The translations under genes were made by a program, and so were the position numbers. The notes below the pieces were generated by a model. The model worked only from the letters and a program-made list of their open reading frames with translations, was not told where the DNA came from and made no database searches. Shown here in pieces: positions 18,599-28,468 of a DNA stretch of 64,000 nt (positions are counted from its first letter, which is position 1; each line of letters begins with the position of its first letter). The stretch comes from an uncultured virus (IMG/VR IMGVR_UViG_3300010383_000006) (taxonomy: Duplodnaviria > Heunggongvirae > Uroviricota > Caudoviricetes), in the IMG/VR virus record IMGVR_UViG_3300010383_000006. The stretch is one strand, 5' to 3'.

Positions 18599-19303
18599 TC
18601 ACTTGCGCTTGGCGCGGTGGGCCTTGGCCAGTCGCCCTTCGCCGCCCCCTGCCCCACCGGGCAGATCGGTGGCTGCCGCCACGCCCTGCGGCGATTCGAT
18701 CCGGCCGCCGCTGGCGTAGGCGGTGAAGGATTTAACGCCGCCGCCGGTCTTGAACGTCACCACCCGGCCGCGGTTCATGTCCTTGAGGTCGTTTTTGCCG
18801 GGGATGTGCTTGACCGGGCGCTCGCCCGCTTCCTTCATGCTTTTGTTGAACACCTTGGTGCCGTCGTTGACCCGGCCGCCGCGCTTGCGCACCGGCAGCA
18901 TGCCCGGCCCCATGCCGCCCGGAGGTGCCCCGGCAGGCGGCATCATCGGCGGCTTGGCACCCATCGGCGGCATCGCGGGCGGCGCACCCGGGGGCGGTCC
19001 CGGTGGCATCGGCGGGGGGCCGGCAATCCCCGGGGCCGGGGGCGCGGCGTTGGTGATGACGTTGACCACGGTTTTGCCGCCCTTGACCCGACCCCCGCGT
19101 TTGCGGCCTGGACGATCGGCGCGGTGCTTGGGCGAATCGCCCTCGGCCTTGAGCGAGGTCTTGCGCACCATTTTCTTGATCAGCGCCTTGTCGGCCGCCT
19201 CATCGGAATGGACGCCGCCGCCGGCGGCGTGGCCGTGGGCGATCTTGGAAACACGGGATTTTTCGACTTTGTGCTGCCGGAGTCCGGCGTGAGGATGTGC
19301 CAC
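18599..19303 (-). CDS. basic Pro/Gly-rich protein with repeated GG motifs
   Basis: GTG start after AGGAG; poly-Pro linker; five xxGGx[VI] motifs. Confidence 0.65.
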   Translation of the reverse strand: MAHPHAGLRQHKVEKSRVSKIAHGHAAGGGVHSDEAADKALIKKMVRKTSLKAEGDSPKHRADRPGRKRGGRVKGGKTVVNVITNAAPPAPGIAGPPPMPPGPPPGAPPAMPPMGAKPPMMPPAGAPPGGMGPGMLPVRKRGGRVNDGTKVFNKSMKEAGERPVKHIPGKNDLKDMNRGRVVTFKTGGGVKSFTAYASGGRIESPQGVAAATDLPGGAGGGEGRLAKAHRAKRK

Positions 19304-19372
19304 GGGTGTGCTCCTGTAAGAGGTCGCTGGACGCGCGCAGCAGGGGATCATCCCGGCGGGGGAATGGCGCTA

Positions 19373-19401
19373 TCTATGGCACCGTTCGTCATTTTCGGCA
19401 A
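19373..19401 (-). promoter_or_regulatory. possible sigma70-like promoter
   Basis: TTGCCG-N17-CATAGA about 70 nt upstream of the 19303 start. Confidence 0.35.
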
Positions 19402-19804
19402 CGGCTCGACTTTCTTGATCGCATTGCGGGACGTCACCATGGTGTAGCCGTCCTCGAAGATGGCCAGGCACGAATTCATCGTGCCACGCGCGGTCACCGC
19501 GCACACCTGCCCCTTTCGGCCGTTGCGATTCCATCGAAAGAGGTAGTTGAACGCCAGCCCCGGGAGTGGCAGGCGCGGCGCGACATCGGGACAGAACGGG
19601 GTGGGGCCGTACCGCTCCGGGGTGACGATCAGCGGCACTGCTCGGCCTCGTAGGCGCTGACCGCCTGCTTGAGGCACCGTTCCTGCATCTCGCGATACTG
19701 GCCGATGGTCTCGAGGCCGCGGCCGATCACCACCACAAACGCCACCAGAAATCCCACCATCAGCAGGATCGAGGTCAGCAGCCCCAGCACCTCGTAAACG
19801 ATCC

Positions 19805-20059
19805 TCATGCCGAGGTCTTGGGTTCGCTGTCGCACGGCAGCATGTCATAGGTCCCAGTCCGCACCACCGGCATCATCACCACCTGCGCCGGGGTCTCGGG
19901 GCGCGGCCGGTCTTTCGGTTTGGGCTGATAATCGCGCAGATGGAGCACGGTGGCGGGCATCGGTCTCTCCTTGAACGCGGCGCGCACCTCGGAGGCAAAA
20001 CGCGCATCCTGGTCCGGCGGCAATGAGCCGCCCGGGATCACCATATGCCGGTCCGTCAT
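19805..20059 (-). CDS. hypothetical protein
   Basis: ATGA-coupled to the portal stop. Confidence 0.45.
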   Translation of the reverse strand: MTDRHMVIPGGSLPPDQDARFASEVRAAFKERPMPATVLHLRDYQPKPKDRPRPETPAQVVMMPVVRTGTYDMLPCDSEPKTSA

Positions 20060-22254
20060 GATTCGCCCTTGGGTTTGGGCGGATTCATCACCTCATGCTG
20101 GCGCATCGCCGCCTCATGGACGGTGGCGGCGGTGTCGACCGCATGCTTGCTGGTGTCGAGCGCGAACTGGCGGTCCTGCCGTTTGTTCTCGCCGCGGTTC
20201 TTGATCAACTCCTTGGCGAGGTCGACCGCCTTGAACTGGCCCTCGGCCTGAATCGCCGCCTGCTGCTGCTGGCCTTTCAGCGCGACCTCGGCGGCGCGCA
20301 CCTGCACCCCTTCGCCCTTGGCCTTGGCGTCGAGGATCTTGCCGGTCGCGGTCTTGTCCTTGGCCTTGGCCTCGATCACCTTGGGGTCGTTGGCGGGATC
20401 GACCGGTGCCGGGGGCGAGATCAGGCCGTTTTCATCTTCCTTCATGGCGCGCAGCACGCGCTTGAGGGTTTCCACCTTGTCCATCAGCGGTCCCAGCGAG
20501 GGGCTGTCGCACAACTGGACCAGCGCCACGGCGCGTTGCAGGCGATGGACGTGGCTCGGGATGTTGGGGTCCGACTTCGGCACCAGGGTGTAGGTGTTGA
20601 GCGCCGCCAGCAGCTTCTGCTCATCCCAGTAATTGCGCTGCTTTTTATTCCAGCGCCAGAACGCCTCGGGGTCCTCGCGGAACAGGTCGGCGAGCATCTG
20701 CAGTTCGTCGGACTGCGCGGTGTGCATGCCCTTGTGGGCGGCGGCCATGACCTTGGTGGCCTGCTCGATCAGCGACAGCATGGTGCCGACCGGGATGTTG
20801 GCGGTGCCCTCGCCGACCGGGATGTCGGGCATGCCAGCGGTTTCCTTGGCCTGCTGCGACACCTTGTCGATCATCGCCATCAGGCCCGCCGTGACGTCCT
20901 GATAGGGCAATTCCATCACCGCATCGCGGATCGGCATGCCGTTGGTGTCGATCGGGATGCCCTGCGCCGGGCCAGCGCGGAAATCGCTGCTGTTCTGCCG
21001 CCCGGCCAGCTTGGCGATCAGGAAGGCGGGGAAGTTGGCGTACATGCCAGCGTCCAGCGCCTCGCGCCACGCCGCCGTCATCGCCGCCGAGGAATTGCCC
21101 AGAATGTTGAGCAGGCCGGTGCCGTAGAACCCCGGACCCGGGACGTAAGGGTAGCGCACATACATGCGCTTGCGCTCGCACTGGTCATCCTCGGGTTTCC
21201 AGTCGCGGCGGATGGCGAGAATGGCGTGGGTGTCCTTGTCCAGCGTCACCAGATAGGGCAGCGCCACCCCGGAACCCTTAAAGTCCTTGGGCGCGAACTG
21301 GTCGAGGTCGAGTTCGCACTGGATCTCCCACAGGATGTAGGGATCATCCTCGGGACGCTCGTTGCGCACCTGCGTGCCCTGAATCGCCGCGATTTTCTCG
21401 TCGATAATGTTGGTGTCGGGGGTCGGGGCGGTCAGCGCCACATTGCGGTAGGCCCCGGCGTGGATCATCCGCTTCATCACCGACTGACGCATCGGGATCT
21501 GGTGGGTGATGCGCTCGCAGGCCCCGAGATCCTTGGTGGTGTCGGACACGATGAGGTCGGCGGCGGGCACGCTGTCGGACACCGGACGGCGCCGCAGCGG
21601 GCAGCGGAACACCTTCTTGAACCCGGAGCCGCGGAAGTAGGTGCCCCACAGCAGCATCTGCGAGGTGTCGGGGACATACTCGCGCGCCGTCACCGTCAGG
21701 TAATGGTTCATGCCCTTCTCAAAGGCATCGGCCAGGGTGTCGGCCTGCGCCGACGGCGACAAGCCCTCGTTGTCGATCTTGCACGGGCCCTCGGCTGGCA
21801 GCAGTTCGGCCTGCGCGTTGGCCCAGCCTTTCAGGCACGCCTCAAGCAGCAAGGGGTTGGTGACCGTGCTCATACCGTCGATCGCCGACGACGAATCACC
21901 GCCGACGCTGGTGCCGGGGTCGCGCAGTTCGAGCCCGAGCAGGTCGAGGCCCCGGTTGTAGACCTCAAGGGTGTTCTTGCGGGACTGATCGTCGGCCTGC
22001 ACCGCCTCGAACAGCGCCTCGCCGATCACGCGCAGCGCCGAATCCTCGATCTTGTCGGCGAGATTCTCGTAGAATTTTTCGGGATCTTCGCCGGCTTCAT
22101 CCTCGGCCGCCACCTGCGGGTTGAACTGGACCACCACGCCGCCATCGGGCTGATCGATCTCGATTGAGCCATCGGGGTTGGTGCGCACCGAATCGTCGGT
22201 GTCCTCGATGACCACCTGGATGTCGTCAGTCGCCGCAAGCCCCGCGTCTGCCAT
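20056..22254 (-). CDS. portal protein
   Basis: about 730 aa; NPLLLEAC, GSGFKKV, ERITH, LPYLVT, PGPGFYGTGL; between terL and head genes. Confidence 0.85.
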   Translation of the reverse strand: MADAGLAATDDIQVVIEDTDDSVRTNPDGSIEIDQPDGGVVVQFNPQVAAEDEAGEDPEKFYENLADKIEDSALRVIGEALFEAVQADDQSRKNTLEVYNRGLDLLGLELRDPGTSVGGDSSSAIDGMSTVTNPLLLEACLKGWANAQAELLPAEGPCKIDNEGLSPSAQADTLADAFEKGMNHYLTVTAREYVPDTSQMLLWGTYFRGSGFKKVFRCPLRRRPVSDSVPAADLIVSDTTKDLGACERITHQIPMRQSVMKRMIHAGAYRNVALTAPTPDTNIIDEKIAAIQGTQVRNERPEDDPYILWEIQCELDLDQFAPKDFKGSGVALPYLVTLDKDTHAILAIRRDWKPEDDQCERKRMYVRYPYVPGPGFYGTGLLNILGNSSAAMTAAWREALDAGMYANFPAFLIAKLAGRQNSSDFRAGPAQGIPIDTNGMPIRDAVMELPYQDVTAGLMAMIDKVSQQAKETAGMPDIPVGEGTANIPVGTMLSLIEQATKVMAAAHKGMHTAQSDELQMLADLFREDPEAFWRWNKKQRNYWDEQKLLAALNTYTLVPKSDPNIPSHVHRLQRAVALVQLCDSPSLGPLMDKVETLKRVLRAMKEDENGLISPPAPVDPANDPKVIEAKAKDKTATGKILDAKAKGEGVQVRAAEVALKGQQQQAAIQAEGQFKAVDLAKELIKNRGENKRQDRQFALDTSKHAVDTAATVHEAAMRQHEVMNPPKPKGES

Positions 22255-22318
22255 GGCCAATCCCCGCTCAGTGTGCCGGAGCACCGTTTATCACGGCGTC
22301 CGGCTCTGAGGGAAGCAA

Positions 22319-22570
22319 TCAGCGCATGATCACCGGGCGGCGTGCGGTCTGTGGCGGCGCGACCCGCTCGAGCACGGTGCGCTTGAGCACGTCGAGGCCC
22401 ATGTTGAGCCGCGCGGCGTCGGGACCGGCGTGCGCCGAGCCGAAATCCTGCGGGCCGCAGGCGACGATGCCGATGGTGGTGATGCGGCCCTCGCGGGCGT
22501 CCTCCAAGGTCTTTTCGAGCAGTTCGACGCAGGCTTGCGCGCCGACATCAAGCGGAGTGGCGGTGGTCAC
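22319..22570 (-). CDS. hypothetical protein
   Basis: 83-aa packed ORF. Confidence 0.55.
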   Translation of the reverse strand: MTTATPLDVGAQACVELLEKTLEDAREGRITTIGIVACGPQDFGSAHAGPDAARLNMGLDVLKRTVLERVAPPQTARRPVIMR

Positions 22571-22731
22571 GACTTGGCTTCCTTCTTCACAGCGTTGAAA
22601 TCGGAGGGTCGGGCTTGGCCCGCGACCGCGCGCAGGCGCTCGATCTCATCGATCGCCTCCTTCGCGATGGCGGGAATGTCGGGCGACGGGTGCTCTGCGA
22701 TGAAGCGCAGTTTGTCCAAAATATCCATCGG

Positions 22732-22935
22732 CTATCCCTTTCGTTTGCCGTTGTTGCGGTGGTTTTTCTTGAAGTGCTTCGGGGCCACGGTGCCGACATG
22801 CCACTGCGCGCAGAAATGACAGCGGTACGGTTCACGTCCCGGGCGACGCTGTGCCGCTCTCTTGGCCATTTCCCGATTCCGAAATGTCGCTTTGCCCTCG
22901 CAGCCGCTCAGTCGAGATACATCCTCAACGCTCAT
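22732..22935 (-). CDS. small Zn-binding protein
   Basis: CEGK...YRCHFCAQWHVG. Confidence 0.55.
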   Translation of the reverse strand: MSVEDVSRLSGCEGKATFRNREMAKRAAQRRPGREPYRCHFCAQWHVGTVAPKHFKKNHRNNGKRKG

Positions 22936-22975
22936 CGGCGCCCCCGTGATGCCCGCGAGCACCGTAGCCGATTCG

Positions 22976-23254
22976 TCAGTTGACGGTGCGGTCCTCGCAA
23001 TGAAGGTGATGCAAGGAGAATATCTCGGCCCCCAGCGGGTTTTGCTCGGCCAGCAGCAGAACGTCGAGGGTCTTGGCATAAGCCTGCGTGTGGATCCCGT
23101 CCTCGATCGCCTTGGGCGTGATGCAGAACGCCCAATGGCGTCCGGTAATGATGATGTTTCCGGTCTCATGAACGTACATCGACAGACCGGGCGGCAATTC
23201 TCGCACCGCGTTCAATTCGGCCATCACCTCATCGCCGGTCATCGGGTCCACCAC
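22976..23254 (-). CDS. hypothetical protein
   Basis: 92-aa ORF downstream of terL. Confidence 0.4.
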   Translation of the reverse strand: MVDPMTGDEVMAELNAVRELPPGLSMYVHETGNIIITGRHWAFCITPKAIEDGIHTQAYAKTLDVLLLAEQNPLGAEIFSLHHLHCEDRTVN

Positions 23255-23366
23255 GATTCGGGAAAGAGCACCATCATGCGCACCAAGGTGCGCCGACTCA
23301 CCGTGCCTCTCAGGTTATAGAATTCATCGTCCGGCAACATTGGATACTTCGACAAAATCTCTCGCA

Positions 23367-25076
23367 TCATCCGCTCCGCATCCCGGGGTACAACGGCTTG
23401 GCTTTCTTTTTCGGCGCCAACGCCTCGCGTTCCTCGGCGTAGGTTTCCTCATCGCTCTGGGCAAAGCCCAGCATGCGCAGGTGCTTCATCGCCTGCGTCC
23501 CCGAATCGGTCAAATCATCCCAGCGCCCTTTCGGGAACACGTCCATCTCGTCGATCACGTCCTGCGCCCATTGCCGATCCGGCGCATAGACCATGCCCTG
23601 CGCCCATGTCGGCTGCACTGCGAGCGCCCGCGCCACCTTGTCGGTCTTGGGGTCCACCAGTTCGATCATCCAGCCCTCGCGGCCGTGCAGCCGGCGCAAC
23701 TCGTTGGCGGCGTCGATCCCGCTGGCCTTGGATTCGATCAGCAGTTTGTCGACCTGAAACCGTGTGCAACTATCCGCCACCCACTCGACCAGTCCCCAAT
23801 GCGGCATCGCCCGCTTGCGGTAGACCATCGGGTGCTCGCCCGAGATGCGCTCGACCTTGGGACCGTGAAGCTGCAGCCGCTTGCGCCAGGCGTGGATCAG
23901 CATGATGCGGCGGTGGCCGCGCTCGTTGCGGAACACGCCCCAGATCGTGAGCGCCGAGGGATCGTTGATCTGTTTTTCGGTGAACGCCGAATCCAGCGAT
24001 GCCACGATGTACTCGAACGGCGGGAATTTGCCGTCGGTGTCCTCCCACAACTGCCAATACTCGCGCGGGATGATCGAGGCCCCGCGCGCTTTCGGGGTCT
24101 GCTGGTACTGTCCGGCCCATGCATGGGGGCCGACATCCTTGCGCAGCTTGGCGCAGGCCCGCTCCGAAAACCGCTCGGGCCACGCCAGCGCGTCCTGACA
24201 GTCCTCGCGCTCGGGCTCCCAGCGCGGGTCGCACCAGCCATAGGCGTTGGGGATCTGCTCGCCGGTTTCGGGATCGGTCACCCGGTCCCAGTCGAACTCC
24301 ATCGGCACGCACAGATGCACGTAGTCCAGTCCGTCCTCAAGGATGACGCCCGACACATCGCCCTCATGGACGCGCTGCATGATGATCACGATGGCGCCGC
24401 TCTCGGGGTCGTTGAGGCGGTTGGACATCGCCTCCCGGAACCAGCGCACGGTTTCCTCGCGCACCGGCTCCGATTCGCTTTCTTTGACGTTGTGGGGATC
24501 GTCCAGAATGATGCGGTCGCCGCGCTCGCCGGTCCCGAGGCCGCCGATCGAGGTGGCGAGTTTGCGGCCGTGCTGGCGGTTGTTGACCTCGATGCGGCCG
24601 ACCCGCCGCAGCTTGACCCGGTCGCCCCACATCGCCTGGTATTCGCGCGACCCGATCAACATGCCGAATTTGTCGTTGTCGCGCTCGGTGATGCCGGCCG
24701 AATACGAAAACGCCACATAGCGCAGGTGGGCCAGATCCATCGGCCCCCACTCCCATGCGGGCCAGAACACGTCGGTGATCAGCGACTTCATGAAGCCGGG
24801 CGGCACGTTGATCAGCAGCCGGTCGATCTCGCCGAACGTCACCGCCTCAAGGTGCTCGCAGATCGCCTCGAGCACCCAGCCGTCCTTGAACGGCGTCCCG
24901 GGTTCGAGGATGTGCCAATAGTAGCGGATGAACGCCAGCAGCCCGCCGACCCACTCCCCGGTGTCGGGGTCGCGATAGCCGCGCTGCGCCATCAGCCGCT
25001 TGGCGTCGCGGCGGCGCTTCTCAGCCACCACCTGCGCGAACAGTTCGAGCTTGCCGCGGTCAGGCAGGACGTTCAT
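23367..25076 (-). CDS. terL: terminase large subunit
   Basis: INVPPGFMKS Walker A, IILDDPH Walker B, IIMQRVHE, SLDSAF, FPKGRWDDLTDS nuclease motifs. Confidence 0.95.
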   Translation of the reverse strand: MNVLPDRGKLELFAQVVAEKRRRDAKRLMAQRGYRDPDTGEWVGGLLAFIRYYWHILEPGTPFKDGWVLEAICEHLEAVTFGEIDRLLINVPPGFMKSLITDVFWPAWEWGPMDLAHLRYVAFSYSAGITERDNDKFGMLIGSREYQAMWGDRVKLRRVGRIEVNNRQHGRKLATSIGGLGTGERGDRIILDDPHNVKESESEPVREETVRWFREAMSNRLNDPESGAIVIIMQRVHEGDVSGVILEDGLDYVHLCVPMEFDWDRVTDPETGEQIPNAYGWCDPRWEPEREDCQDALAWPERFSERACAKLRKDVGPHAWAGQYQQTPKARGASIIPREYWQLWEDTDGKFPPFEYIVASLDSAFTEKQINDPSALTIWGVFRNERGHRRIMLIHAWRKRLQLHGPKVERISGEHPMVYRKRAMPHWGLVEWVADSCTRFQVDKLLIESKASGIDAANELRRLHGREGWMIELVDPKTDKVARALAVQPTWAQGMVYAPDRQWAQDVIDEMDVFPKGRWDDLTDSGTQAMKHLRMLGFAQSDEETYAEEREALAPKKKAKPLYPGMRSG

Positions 25077-25462
25077 GCGGCCTCTTTGGCCTTGGGAAGC
25101 AGCGCGCGGATCTTGGCCTTTTCCGATTCCTCAAGGTAATAGCCCCGCCCCCACGCCGTCTTGATTTCGATATTCCACGCTTTCAGCTTTTTGCGCAGCT
25201 TGCAGCAGAACACATCGACGATCTTGGGTTCGGCACCGCCCTCGGGCCGCAGCCCGTACAGCGCCAGCATCACCAGATCCTTGGTCACCAGTTCGCGCTC
25301 CATCAACAGCCCGAGCAGTTGCTGCTCGCTGCGGGTGATGTCGAACATCAGCGGCACCGTGACGTTCATGCCCAGCGCGTCCTCCAATTGGGTGATGCGC
25401 TCGCGCAATTCGTCGTTCTCGGCCTCGACGGCGGCCAGATAATCGCTTTCTTCCGGGGTCAC
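25073..25462 (-). CDS. coiled-coil + OmpR/CtrA-type winged-helix protein
   Basis: EPKIVDVFCCKLRKKL...IKTAWGRGY; no receiver domain. Confidence 0.8.
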   Translation of the reverse strand: MTPEESDYLAAVEAENDELRERITQLEDALGMNVTVPLMFDITRSEQQLLGLLMERELVTKDLVMLALYGLRPEGGAEPKIVDVFCCKLRKKLKAWNIEIKTAWGRGYYLEESEKAKIRALLPKAKEAA

Positions 25463-26256
25463 GCGCCCAGTCTCCCGGCCCATTCCTCGGCCATCGAGCG
25501 GTAGATCGGCACCTTGGCCGCGATCGCGCGATGGCGGGCATCGTTGAAATTAAGCGAGGTGCGGATGGCGCGGGCCAGCCGGTCGACCTCGATGCCGGGA
25601 CGGTCATGGCACATCACGCGCTCGGCGGCGCGGATCTCGAACGGGCTGATCGGGTAGCGCCGCGCCTTGACCAGCGCCTCAAGCACCTTGCGCGCGGTCA
25701 CCACGCCGCGGCGCTTGACCAGGCTCTGAATGGTACCCAGCGCCGAGGTGTCGCCCTCGGCCACCACGCAGGTCGGGCTCAACGCCCGGATCCGAACTCC
25801 GGCGCGCTTGCACACATTGTCGACGTCGATGGCATCCTCATCGCCCGAGGCCAGCAGCGCGCGGTAGATGTCGAATGGCGAGACCTTGACCCGCTCGGTG
25901 TTGAGGCCGACGAACGCCTGCGCCTGGTCGCGGACGCCAGGGGCATCGACCACCAGCACCGGGATTTCCGGCACCTTGAGAGTGGCGGCGACAATGGCGG
26001 TGTGCTGACCGTCGATCACCAGCAGCTTGCCACCGACCTCAACCACGTTGGGTACCTTGATACGATTCCACGCAAAGCCCTCATACATCCGCTTCATCAT
26101 GTTGATCGAGCGCCGCGACAGATCGCGCTGATAGGTGGCGTCGACATACAGGGAAACGGGGGCGACCCAGCGAAAGTCAGGGCGCGGGCCGAACGCGGTG
26201 GCAGGCGTCAGGTCCGGCGGCATCGCCATCGGCTCGATCTGGCGCAATTGGCTCAT
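25459..26256 (-). CDS. ParB-like N-terminal domain protein (DUF6551-like)
   Basis: LYVDATYQR...VIDGQHT...QAQAFVGLN. Confidence 0.75.
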   Translation of the reverse strand: MSQLRQIEPMAMPPDLTPATAFGPRPDFRWVAPVSLYVDATYQRDLSRRSINMMKRMYEGFAWNRIKVPNVVEVGGKLLVIDGQHTAIVAATLKVPEIPVLVVDAPGVRDQAQAFVGLNTERVKVSPFDIYRALLASGDEDAIDVDNVCKRAGVRIRALSPTCVVAEGDTSALGTIQSLVKRRGVVTARKVLEALVKARRYPISPFEIRAAERVMCHDRPGIEVDRLARAIRTSLNFNDARHRAIAAKVPIYRSMAEEWAGRLGA

Positions 26257-26674
26257 GGCATTCCTCGATCGCGGCTTTGATGATGGCGCGGCCCTCAACC
26301 GTCAACTCAAACCCGATGCCGCGGTGATTGATAATCTCGACCCCGAACGGCCGCATCGCCTTGCGGAGCCGGGAGATCTGGATACTTGCCAGATTCGTTC
26401 CGCTGTCGGGACTGGCGAGTTGGGCGATGTGGTCGCGAATCGCCCATAGCGCCACTGGCCCCTTGGTCTGGTACAGCATCGCCAGCAGCAGGGCGCGGTT
26501 GCGCGGCAGTTTCCATGCGGCGGGAAAGCGCGGGGTGGCCGGCGCATCGGTCGATCGCGCCGCGCGCAGCGCCTCGGCCAGCTTCTGCCGGAGATCATGG
26601 ACCTCATCGCGCAGGCGCAGGATTTCCTCTTGCTCCCATGTCAGGGCCGGAGCGGGAAACGCCACCACGGTCAT
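26177..26674 (-). CDS. second coiled-coil + OmpR-type winged-helix protein
   Basis: IQISRLRKAM..FGVEIINHRGIGF. Confidence 0.7.
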   Translation of the reverse strand: MTVVAFPAPALTWEQEEILRLRDEVHDLRQKLAEALRAARSTDAPATPRFPAAWKLPRNRALLLAMLYQTKGPVALWAIRDHIAQLASPDSGTNLASIQISRLRKAMRPFGVEIINHRGIGFELTVEGRAIIKAAIEECHEPIAPDRADGDAAGPDACHRVRPAP

Positions 26675-27324
26675 GTCTGGAAAAACCTCATGCCCTGCCC
26701 CAATTGCACCCAGCCCGGCGGCGCGGTCGACGGAGTCGGCCATGTCTGCGCGTCAAACCGGAACGAATAATCCGCCAGCAGCGCCAGCGCCTGTTCGTGG
26801 GATTCGATGTCCTTGAACAGCGGCTCCAATTCCTTGCGGATCTTGGCCGCTTGCCATTTCAGCCCGGCCGCGATCCGGTTCGGCCCCTCCTTGACCGAAA
26901 ACCGTTCGGCCACCTTCTCGATGGTGGCGATGTGCTTTTCGGCCATCGCCTTGGTCTGCTTGAGGCTCGCCAGTTTGGCCTGAATAAACTTCTTGGCGTG
27001 GGGGATGAGGTCGACCGTGGTGGGATCGAGGCCCTTCCCCGACACGTAATCGGTCATCACCTGGTCGAGGAACAGCATCAGCACGCTCATCGACCCCGAG
27101 AGCGGATTGTCGGGTTCGGCCTCCTGCCATTGGCCGGTGCGGTCGTAATGCGCCCGGCGCTTCACATCGGTGAGCAGCGCCAGCGACCGCGACAGGCTCT
27201 CGAACATCTCCGAGCATCCCCCACCATCAGGATGGGCGCGCTTCGCCGCCTTGCGGTAGGCCCGGCGCACCTCATCCTCAGTGGCATCAGGGCCGACGCC
27301 GAGGGTTTCGTAAGGGTCAAGCAT
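26671..27324 (-). CDS. J-domain (DnaJ-like) protein
   Basis: DPYETLGV...AYRKAAKRAHPD...LLTDVKRRAHYD. Confidence 0.9.
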   Translation of the reverse strand: MLDPYETLGVGPDATEDEVRRAYRKAAKRAHPDGGGCSEMFESLSRSLALLTDVKRRAHYDRTGQWQEAEPDNPLSGSMSVLMLFLDQVMTDYVSGKGLDPTTVDLIPHAKKFIQAKLASLKQTKAMAEKHIATIEKVAERFSVKEGPNRIAAGLKWQAAKIRKELEPLFKDIESHEQALALLADYSFRFDAQTWPTPSTAPPGWVQLGQGMRFFQT

Positions 27325-27501
27325 CTACACCCCGCATTTTGGGCAGCCGTGCACCCATTCATCGGCGATCTTTTTTGATTTCCAACCGTCGCGCTTGGCG
27401 TCCGTCCAGAATTCGGCGAACTCTTGGCCCTTCTCGCTCTCGATCGTCTCATCGCAGGTGTCACACTCGATGACGATCTTGCCGTGCTGGCGGTCGATCA
27501 T
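27325..27501 (-). CDS. small Zn-ribbon protein
   Basis: CDTC...CPKC. Confidence 0.55.
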   Translation of the reverse strand: MIDRQHGKIVIECDTCDETIESEKGQEFAEFWTDAKRDGWKSKKIADEWVHGCPKCGV

Positions 27502-27848
27502 GGCCAGCATCGCCAAGCGAGAAAGGCCATCACAGCGGCAAACAGGATTTTGTAGGCCATCACCATAATCCCGCATCCTGAAACAACGAAATGACGATCG
27601 GCGCGGCGAATGCCAGCATCACCAACCGAGAGAATACCACCTTCATGCCTGGACTCCCTTTGCGCGGCTGGGGCGCGTCCAGCCGGTACGTTGCGCCCAA
27701 TCCTTGTAGTACGACGCATGTTTGAGTTTCTGGCATGGGTCGCACCGCTTTTTGCGCCGACATGATCGCACCTGATAGGTGAAATCCTGTCCGCAGCCCT
27801 CGCAGGCCCCGATCAGCGTGGGAGCGCGCGGACCTCCGCGTGACGCGC

Positions 27849-28151
27849 TCATGGCCTACCGGCCTTGCCGCAATAGCCGACCGGCTGGCCGTCCCACGCC
27901 GCCTCGGCGGTCAGATGCCAGCGCCACGCCATGCACTTTGATCCAATGCAATAGCCCGGCGAGGCGATGGTCGGCATGTTGTGGCCAAATCCCGGTTCGG
28001 CCAATCCCGCCATATTGGCACCAGCCGTCAACCCCATCATGGCAACCTGCTGACGCGGGATATGCGCCTCGCCGCCATCTTGGGTGACGTACAGCGGCCC
28101 GAACGATTCCTGACACCGCTTGGTGCACGCTTCATCTTCGGTGAGGATCAT
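27849..28151 (-). CDS. hypothetical Cys-rich phage protein
   Basis: TEDEACTKRC...CIGSKCMAWRW...GYCGKAGRP. Confidence 0.65.
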   Translation of the reverse strand: MILTEDEACTKRCQESFGPLYVTQDGGEAHIPRQQVAMMGLTAGANMAGLAEPGFGHNMPTIASPGYCIGSKCMAWRWHLTAEAAWDGQPVGYCGKAGRP

Positions 28152-28468
28152 CGCTCCCCCTCGATCATCATGGCATCCGCAATCGCGAACGCGGCCTGCG
28201 CCACATCCGACGCAGGGAAATCCTGCTGTCTCATCTGCCGTTCGGCGGCTGGAGCCACAGGTACATCTCCTGCACCAAAGCGATCAGGCGCTTCATCGGT
28301 CTCGGCGAGGAATTTCATTCACTTCCCTCCGGCTCATCATCCCACGGCATCTTTGGCAGCGACGGTTTACGCGTCGGCTCTGGTTTCTTCACCCCGCCGA
28401 GGTTGTGAGTGGACTCCGATTCGGTGAGTGCCTTGCGCATCAGAGCTCGCTTGCGGCGATCGGGATCG

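Noticed and set aside
20095..25139. 690-aa and 599-aa plus-strand ORFs
   Set aside because: Antisense shadows of portal and terL
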